In this document: piece after piece, positions 57,365 through 64,000 of the stretch
How the letters are laid out: each line of letters starts with the position of its first letter
Numbering within the stretch: position 1 is the stretch's first letter
Assembly (NCBI GenBank): GCA_963662545.2
Contig: CAXXLL010000003.1
Coordinates: 2,368,001 to 2,432,000, forward strand
From: Gammaproteobacteria bacterium
Lineage (GTDB): Bacteria; Pseudomonadota; Gammaproteobacteria; Ga0077536
DNA: 64,000 nucleotides
Direction of reading: 5' to 3'
The notes under the pieces: generated by a model
Database searches by the model: none
The model's input: the letters and a program-made list of their open reading frames with translations, nothing else
Told to the model about the DNA's origin: nothing
Position numbers and translations under genes: made by a program

Positions 57365-58624
57365 TCAATAGCGGTCCAATGAGTATTCCGCAAGATTCAT
57401 TTCGCCGGTGCCCAAAGCGATCCGATCGGCGACCAATTTACCGGCACCGGGGGCCATCGTCCATCCGAGATGTCCGTGTCCAGTGTTGACGAACAGCCCT
57501 TCAACCGGCGTGTCCCCCATGATCCCCACGCCATCGGGGGTCATCGGCCTGAACCCCGTCCAGTGCGCCGATTGCCTGCGGTCGATCTTTTTTGCACCCC
57601 CGGGATAGACGCGACGCACCAGTTCGTAGAGATTTTCTATCCGCCCGGGCGTCAAGGCATCATCGAATCCAGCGAACTCGGCGGTGCCGGCAACGCGCAG
57701 GCGATCACCGAGGGGACACATGGCGGCATGAAAATGATCGTCGATGACCGGGATCTGGGGCTTCGACGTCCAGTCGGACAGGGGTAGGGTGATAGAGTAC
57801 CCCTTGACCGGCTGCACCGGGAGTTTTACCCCGACGCCTGCGGCCAGGCGCGTGCTGTGACTGCCGGCTGCAAGGACACAGGACTCGGCCGATATCACCT
57901 CAGCGTCGACGATCAAAGCGCGGAATTGACCATTCGTAACGAGGAGTTCGGACACCTCGGATTCGAGCATAAACGAGACACCGTCGTCGGTGCACCGTTG
58001 CATCAACTCGCGGCAGAATTTGTGCGCATCACCCGACACGTCGTCCGGGAAATGGATGCCTCCACTGAGTTCGCTCTCAATCCCTTGCAGCGCGGGTTCG
58101 AGCGACGCGACTTCCGATCGGGTTAGCGTAGTATAGCGAACATCCCATTGGCGACAGCGCTCCGCGATGGCGACAGCATTGTCGAGCTCTTTTTCGGTGC
58201 GGAATATCTTGAGCGTGCCCAGATCGGCACGGTCGAAGTCAAAATTAAGCGAGGCGTAATGCTCGTTGAGTACTGACAATGAATAATCAGCGAGCCGGGT
58301 GTTTTTTTCGAGGTTAGAGTAGAAAATCCGCTCGCTGGAATTTCTGAAGAACGCGAACGACCAGGCCAGCATGCGCGGCAGGGCACGCGGCCTGATCAGG
58401 AGCGCGGAATCTTCGCGTCCCAACATCTTAAGCGCGTCCCATAGCACCCCGGGCGCATTCCAGGGGCTCGCCTGGCTGGCGTGCAGCATGCCCCCATTGG
58501 CAAAGCTCGTTTCTAGTCCGGCGCCGGGTTGACGATCGATCACTAGGACTTCTGCGCCGTGTTGGCGTAGAAAATACGCTGTGGTCAGGCCCAGCAAGCC
58601 GGCGCCGATTACGACGGTACGCAT
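57365..58624 (-). CDS. dadA: D-amino acid dehydrogenase
   Basis: IGAGLLG, ETSFANGG, PVKGYSIT, RVAGTAE, WTGFRPMTPDG, NTGHGHLGWT. Confidence 0.9.
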   Translation of the reverse strand: MRTVVIGAGLLGLTTAYFLRQHGAEVLVIDRQPGAGLETSFANGGMLHASQASPWNAPGVLWDALKMLGREDSALLIRPRALPRMLAWSFAFFRNSSERIFYSNLEKNTRLADYSLSVLNEHYASLNFDFDRADLGTLKIFRTEKELDNAVAIAERCRQWDVRYTTLTRSEVASLEPALQGIESELSGGIHFPDDVSGDAHKFCRELMQRCTDDGVSFMLESEVSELLVTNGQFRALIVDAEVISAESCVLAAGSHSTRLAAGVGVKLPVQPVKGYSITLPLSDWTSKPQIPVIDDHFHAAMCPLGDRLRVAGTAEFAGFDDALTPGRIENLYELVRRVYPGGAKKIDRRQSAHWTGFRPMTPDGVGIMGDTPVEGLFVNTGHGHLGWTMAPGAGKLVADRIALGTGEMNLAEYSLDRY

Positions 58625-58713
58625 CCGCGAAGATTCCTGGTCATTCAGTTAGCCCGTATCTTCGCTATCGACCCCAATATTTGCAATCACCTGCGGCCGC
58701 ACCGGCCGTGTAG

Positions 58714-60624
58714 TCATTCGCTCCTGGTCGTGATGCGCACGCCGGAAAATCCCGCGATTCCGGGTTGGGCGAACCCCAGCGCTTCTTCGTAATTTTCGTC
58801 GAGCAGGTTATCGACGCGTAGGAATAATCGAACGTGCCGATTCACTTGATATCCCGCCGAAACTCCAACCGAGGCAGTTCCGCCAAGGGGTACGCGTGAG
58901 CGTGGAAAGCTTGAAAAATCAAAATCGTCCCGATTGCCGACGATGTTGACGCGCAAATTGATATCGCCGCGCCCATCGAATACGAAATAGCTGGCGTCAA
59001 TAGAACCCTGGTGGGTTGGAATGCGCACCTTGGTGAGCCGTGGGCCGTCGAGTAAATCCGTAGCCTTGACGTAGGTGTAGCCGCCAGTCGCTTCAAATGC
59101 GTCGCCGACCCTGGCTCGAACGCTGATCTCGATTCCGCGCCGCCGCGTGATCCCAGGCAGATTGATCGCGGTGAACGCCCCGCCACCCGCGGAGAAGAAG
59201 CCGTTGATCTCTTTCTCGGTACGCTCATTAAAGTAACTCACGTCCAGAAGGCTGGCGAACGGCTCGAAGCGCTGCCGAAAACTGACCTCCCAACCCGTCG
59301 ATTTTTCCGGTTGCAGGCCGGCATTACCAATAAACGTGATCCCGAAACCCGGACTGAAGCCGAATCGCTCGAAAAACGTCGGATCCTTTTGGCCGGTGCC
59401 GTAGACGAGTGTAATCCGTCCGAGATCGAACGGCATATCGTAGGCACCCGCCGCCCGGAATGTGGTAACGTTTTTGAAATCACTATTACGGTCGTAGCGC
59501 ACACTGGCGCTTACGCCAAACGCATCGAACCAGCGTGAAGCATATTCTACAACGTAGCCCGTGACGTCGAGGTTGCGGCCGAATCCCCGCTGGTTGAATT
59601 CCTCCAATTCGTGATCCAGCGCGAATACTAGCGCATGATCATCAACCCACCAGCCTTCGGTCCTGAACCGCCAGGTCGATTGATAACTGAACGCATACTT
59701 GTCGCCGCTTAGGCTGCTGTCGAGAAACGCTGCGGGATCGAACGAACTGTTTTTCGTAGACGTCCAGCGCCCATAGAGTTGCTGCATCCACACCCCGTCC
59801 CATAACGCCAGGGTCAGTCCCGCACTCGCATAACTCTGATTGGTATCCGAGACACCCGCTGAGTCGATCGGCAGGCTGGTTACGAAATCGAAACTGTCTA
59901 TCTGGGAATTGGTGCTGGTATGGCGGATACTGGCATCGAGTCTTAATGCGTCATTAAGCTGTAAGCGACTTTTGATGTTAACGGTTTGCTGGTGATAAGC
60001 ATCGTCTTCATCGCCTTCGCGTGAGATATTGGTTCCGCCCGTATCGGTACGATTCACTGCGGCTCTTACCGACAGTTTGTCGATACTCCCACCGACGCTC
60101 GCGCTGATCCGGTTGGTCGCGAAACTGCCGCCTTCGAGCACGAAATCCGCCGAGAACGCCTCGTCTCCACCGCGCGTGATGATATTGATGACGCCCGCCA
60201 CGGCTTCGCTTCCCCACAGTGAACTGTGCGGGCCGCGGACGATTTCGATTCGCTCGATATTATCGCTCGTAAGACTGGCGAAATCGAAACCATCGGTCGT
60301 CGACAGATCGTTCGCTTCAATACCATCGATAAGGACGAGCACGTGGTTCGCTTCCGCGCCGCGTACGCGTATCTGGGTCATCTTTCCGACGCCGCCCGAG
60401 TTGCTGACTGCCAGGCCCGGCACAGTACGCAGTAAATCGGAGACGAAAGTGATGTGCCGTCTTTCAATTTCGGCGCGGGTGATGACCGAAACGGAACTCG
60501 TCACCTCGGCGATGGATTGCGGCATACGCGAGGCCGTGACGATCATGGTTTCGAGATATTCCCGCTCGCCGGCAGACGCGACGACCGCTGCCAAGGTGGC
60601 TACGAAAAGACAGATAATGGGCAT
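58714..60624 (-). CDS. btuB: TonB-dependent receptor, probable cobalamin transporter BtuB
   Basis: TonB box ETMIVTASR, plug RGAEANHVLVLIDG, IERIEIVRGP, NLLDENY; cobalamin riboswitch upstream. Confidence 0.88.
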   Translation of the reverse strand: MPIICLFVATLAAVVASAGEREYLETMIVTASRMPQSIAEVTSSVSVITRAEIERRHITFVSDLLRTVPGLAVSNSGGVGKMTQIRVRGAEANHVLVLIDGIEANDLSTTDGFDFASLTSDNIERIEIVRGPHSSLWGSEAVAGVINIITRGGDEAFSADFVLEGGSFATNRISASVGGSIDKLSVRAAVNRTDTGGTNISREGDEDDAYHQQTVNIKSRLQLNDALRLDASIRHTSTNSQIDSFDFVTSLPIDSAGVSDTNQSYASAGLTLALWDGVWMQQLYGRWTSTKNSSFDPAAFLDSSLSGDKYAFSYQSTWRFRTEGWWVDDHALVFALDHELEEFNQRGFGRNLDVTGYVVEYASRWFDAFGVSASVRYDRNSDFKNVTTFRAAGAYDMPFDLGRITLVYGTGQKDPTFFERFGFSPGFGITFIGNAGLQPEKSTGWEVSFRQRFEPFASLLDVSYFNERTEKEINGFFSAGGGAFTAINLPGITRRRGIEISVRARVGDAFEATGGYTYVKATDLLDGPRLTKVRIPTHQGSIDASYFVFDGRGDINLRVNIVGNRDDFDFSSFPRSRVPLGGTASVGVSAGYQVNRHVRLFLRVDNLLDENYEEALGFAQPGIAGFSGVRITTRSE

Positions 60625-60777
60625 GTCAGACTCCCGCTGCGACCCACACCCGGGTAGCAGTTAACGGCTGATCGCCGCGGAACGGGAAACGTGCGGAAAA
60701 TCTGACGGGAGATTTCGCGCCGACTCGACCCACCGCGATTCGGTTGAGGAAACCGCTCCAGGGTTTCCCAATCAGCG

Positions 60778-60990
60778 CGCGGCCGGTCTCCGGACTCGCG
60801 AGTGACGAGGATTAGAATCTCGCCGCAATCTCCGCCTTCCCGTGCCGAGGCACAGTGGCATATCGAAGATTGTTTACTCGCCTACCGTTGCGGGGGCAGC
60901 GCCGGATTTGCATCGATTGTAAAAATCGTGCGCACCGGCTTCCCGTTTAACCCGTCCGCGGGATTCGCGGACAGGAACCTGCACGCCAGG
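60778..60990 (-). ncRNA. Cobalamin (AdoCbl) riboswitch
   Basis: Minus strand AGGTTCC..TTAAACGGGAAGCCGGTG..AAATCCGGCGCTGCCCCCGCAACGGT..GCCACTG..GGGAAGGC..AGTCCGGAGACCGGCC; boundaries approximate. Confidence 0.92.
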
Positions 60991-61279
60991 TTAAGTAACA
61001 GGCTAACGGACGCGTTTCGCGATCACAAGCGCCTAGCTCGCAGCCTGCGGATTTTCAAATAAGGATCGAGCGGTTGGATTTCACCGCGGCCCCGGTTATT
61101 CACCCGGGGCTCTGCCGTTTAGCGGGCGCTCATACCTGGTGGAATGCTCGCGGCCCGGAACAGAAGTTCAGGCCGCACTACATTCATATAACGGTTACAG
61201 ACTGTCGGAAAACGCCATTCTTGAACAGCCTGCCAACCCGTTGCACGCGTTTCGCCCGCGCTCCGTCGTTGCCGACTTA

Positions 61280-61615
61280 TCAGGCGACGACGTCCTTGAT
61301 GGCTTTCATGGCCGTGGCGCGCACCGAGAGGCTGGCCGGCCGTGCGTCCACCTTGACCATTTCACCCGTGAACGGGTTGCGCGCCATGCCGGCCTTACGT
61401 GCGGCCTTTTGTGCGCGGCGAAATTTCACGCCGAGGTCAGGGACCGTAAATTCACCTGACCCCTTCTTCACCAAGTGCCTGGCAGCAAGATCCTTTGTCG
61501 CTAAAAATACGGCTTGCACTTCTTTTTTGGTCAGACCCGTTTCTTCTGAAAGCGCGCTCAGGATCTGCGACTTGGTTTGCTTGTCGTTAATGGCGCGTGG
61601 TTTAGCTTGGCTCAT
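61280..61615 (-). CDS. HU-family histone-like DNA-binding protein
   Basis: TKSQIL..ETGLTKKEV, ARNPFTGE, KAIKD. Confidence 0.88.
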   Translation of the reverse strand: MSQAKPRAINDKQTKSQILSALSEETGLTKKEVQAVFLATKDLAARHLVKKGSGEFTVPDLGVKFRRAQKAARKAGMARNPFTGEMVKVDARPASLSVRATAMKAIKDVVA

Positions 61616-61922
61616 AGTTTCTCCCTTACCAGGTGGTAGCGTTATTCTCCCAGCGAAGTCCGTGGTTCGATCCTTCGCAAATACAAGTTCGTCGCTGACG
61701 CCTAATCATCGAAGCAGATTTCTCCAGTGAACTCGATGCGTCTGTCCCCAAAGTTCACGGCCCTCTTTCGCGCGATGCGTTCGATGGCCAAACCGATCAG
61801 GATGGTACCGGCGCCGCAGGTCTGAATCGACCGCGTTAATATAATGCCCGCCACGAAAATTGGAAGCCTTGACACGCAGAAATATGGATTTATTCGCGAA
61901 GAAATGTTGAATCCCGTGCATC

Positions 61923-63533
61923 TCAATCGGGCCGGGCGTCGTCCCCATCGAACCTGACCCTCCCCAACATTGTCAGAACTGTACCCTTGGTTGCGGTTTT
62001 ATCCCACATGCTTACCTCGACGACTTCAAGTCGATCCTTAATTCGCTCATAGGGATACATCGGGGGAAATTCATGTCCCGGCCACTGCGTGGCGGCCATC
62101 ATGAAGACATAGGGGCAATCCCGAAGCCGCGCAAAAAAACGCTCGTCGTTGGTCGAAACACCCGCAAGCGGCTGGCCGCGCCTGCGGCCGTACAGCGGAA
62201 TATAGGAATAGGCCGCGGACGATACGCAGGCTCCGGCCGGTAGATGCTCGTCGATTCCGCGCATAGCATCAAGCACGCGCGTCACGCCGTTCATCACGGC
62301 CGTTGCCCGGAGGGGTGTATCGTACATATACCATTGCGGGGAGCGCACGAAATTTTCGGCTGCGGTGCCCTCCGATGCGATCACCTGCCGCACCATGACG
62401 AGCGTGCTTGGCGCGAGCACCAGCATGATGATTACGATCTGAGCCATGCCTGCTACCTGGCGGATCGAGGGTGCGCAATAGCTAGCCAGAAAATTGACGC
62501 CGACATAACTGTAGAACAGAAAGATCGGGAGCAGAACCTGCAGGAACCGGCGCATATGATCGGGGTACGGCCACACGGCGATGAGCGCGAGATAAAAGGC
62601 GAGGTAGAGGCTTTCGATTTCAAAACGCCGCGCCCGTAAGATCCAGCCGACAAAGAACAGCAACGACAACAATCCCACTGCATAGCTTGCATGCGGCGTC
62701 CCGATCAAATCGAAGCCGCGAACGAGTCCTAGCCAAATGGCCGGCAGATTAATTGCGAGCTGATCCGCCAGGTAGGCAAAAGTCGCCGGTAGGGATTCCC
62801 GTGCCACAGAATCGATGTAGCTCGACTCCATGCCGTTGATGGTTTTCACGAGAGTCCATGCCGTGATCGGCACCAATGCCAGGATCAGGATTGTCAACCG
62901 TTTGCTACGGGTCGCATCAGACAGCCAATGGATCAGCAGAGCCGCGATGCTGGTAATGCCGACCATTCTTACCAGCGCGCTCATCCCGATCAGAACCGCG
63001 CCGATGGCGTGCGCCGGAGACCCGGCCCGTTCGACTCGCCACAATGTGAACCCTGCGAACACCATAGCCACGTACAGCGGTTCGCTCTGTATCGAAATAG
63101 CCGTGAGCATGGTCGCGGGCGACAAGGCAAAAATCAACGTGATGCCCAGCGCTTCCGCCAGCAACAATCGTTGCGTCCGCAGCCACAGGTACACAGCACA
63201 AACGGCGCCCGCCGACATGCATGATGTCGCTGCATAGCTCGCCACCGGATAGTCACTGCCGCCACCCATGAACGCCAGCAACAGCGGATAGAGCGGCGGA
63301 AAAGTGAAATCGTAGAACATCGAAACGCCTAACTCATGAAGCGCCGGCCGGTACGGCGAGAGATAGTCCGCAATCGTGAGGTAGACACCGGAGTCCGTGA
63401 TATTTCCGATATATCCGTCCCGGACCGACAACCAGGTGTAGAAAACGGCGGAGAGCAAGAACAGGGGACCCGCTTCGATCAAACACTGGCGTGCCGTCAA
63501 CGCCGCGCCGTTCGCAGGTTGGTTAGACCACAT
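61923..63533 (-). CDS. GT-C fold membrane glycosyltransferase, paralog of 17915..19510
   Basis: TDSGVY, FPPLYP, SEPLY, WPYP, CPYVFMM..YPYER; start trimmed to ATG 63533. Confidence 0.75.
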   Translation of the reverse strand: MWSNQPANGAALTARQCLIEAGPLFLLSAVFYTWLSVRDGYIGNITDSGVYLTIADYLSPYRPALHELGVSMFYDFTFPPLYPLLLAFMGGGSDYPVASYAATSCMSAGAVCAVYLWLRTQRLLLAEALGITLIFALSPATMLTAISIQSEPLYVAMVFAGFTLWRVERAGSPAHAIGAVLIGMSALVRMVGITSIAALLIHWLSDATRSKRLTILILALVPITAWTLVKTINGMESSYIDSVARESLPATFAYLADQLAINLPAIWLGLVRGFDLIGTPHASYAVGLLSLLFFVGWILRARRFEIESLYLAFYLALIAVWPYPDHMRRFLQVLLPIFLFYSYVGVNFLASYCAPSIRQVAGMAQIVIIMLVLAPSTLVMVRQVIASEGTAAENFVRSPQWYMYDTPLRATAVMNGVTRVLDAMRGIDEHLPAGACVSSAAYSYIPLYGRRRGQPLAGVSTNDERFFARLRDCPYVFMMAATQWPGHEFPPMYPYERIKDRLEVVEVSMWDKTATKGTVLTMLGRVRFDGDDARPD

Positions 63534-63562
63534 ATTGCACCGGAATTCTACCGCGTCTATGT

Positions 63563-64000
63563 TCAGCAGGTTTTCAAAGCCTGGTCGATCGCTTCCAGCG
63601 CCGTCAAAGCGCCGGATACGATCCGGTGGCTTACATGGTCGGACAGATCGGTCCGATCCGGGTTTATTTCGACCGTTATGCAACCCCTCGTGGTCGCTTC
63701 GGCGACGGGGCTGTAAATGTAGGGGAAACCAGCGGTCGTACCGATGGCAAATAGTACGTCGAAGCCGCGATCAATTTCGCGTTCGTAGGTTTTCGTCGCC
63801 GCACTCGGCAAGCTTTCTCCGAAAAGAACGACATCGGGTCGCACCAGGCCGTCGCATTTGTCGCACCTCGGCGGCATTGCGAGCAGCTCGAAATCCTCGA
63901 CATCGAATGCTGCCCGACAATCACAACAGAACAGATGTCGCAAATTGCCGTGCAGCTCGATGACGTTGGCGCTGCCGGCCGCTTGATGAAACCCGTCGAC
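63563..64000 (-). CDS. cobB: NAD-dependent protein deacylase (sirtuin), 5' part outside window
   Basis: VDGFHQAAGSANVIELHGN, CCDC..CDKC, RPDVVLFGE, IGTT, EINP. Confidence 0.9.
   Translation of the reverse strand, partial: VDGFHQAAGSANVIELHGNLRHLFCCDCRAAFDVEDFELLAMPPRCDKCDGLVRPDVVLFGESLPSAATKTYEREIDRGFDVLFAIGTTAGFPYIYSPVAEATTRGCITVEINPDRTDLSDHVSHRIVSGALTALEAIDQALKTC

Noticed and set aside
60802-61730. ORFs 60802..61062 and 61074..61730
   Set aside because: Antisense to the cobalamin riboswitch and the HU-like gene.

Overview
GC-rich (~60%) chromosomal window, most likely from a gammaproteobacterium (inferred from gene content). From left to right it holds: (1) a non-canonical pseudopilin cluster in gspG-H-I-J-K order whose K-like subunit is a >1000-aa adhesin (DNRLRE-like and LamG-like domains) that runs off the window; (2) a dead IS256-family element that destroyed a second major-pilin paralog, followed by a short cargo region; (3) tRNA-Arg(ACG), flanked by a 178-bp RtT-like repeat unit and by a pseudo-tRNA split by three nested ~80-nt structured modules; (4) a canonical fimT-pilVWX-pilY1-pilE cluster; (5) a surface-glycosylation region (GT-C enzymes, GT2, flippase-like protein, deacetylase, FemAB-like protein, methyltransferases) with pxpA and an LLM oxidoreductase embedded; (6) a Zn-alcohol dehydrogenase divergent from an aromatic-amine-dehydrogenase-like aauBEDA + cytochrome c operon; (7) a MITE and REP elements; (8) a GltD-like/2-oxoacid:ferredoxin oxidoreductase operon; (9) cysD (N-terminally extended)-cysNC; (10) a rare tRNA-Arg(TCG); (11) yjcH-actP and a MetE-II family gene; (12) a hybrid histidine kinase behind a sigma28-consensus promoter; (13) a redoxin and an OFA transporter whose Shine-Dalgarno is split from its start codon by a 261-bp inverted-repeat element; (14) a PEP-CTERM protein, SMP-30 protein, dadA, cobalamin riboswitch-btuB, an HU-like gene, a second GT-C paralog and partial cobB. 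All calls come from reading motifs by eye; no database search was run.
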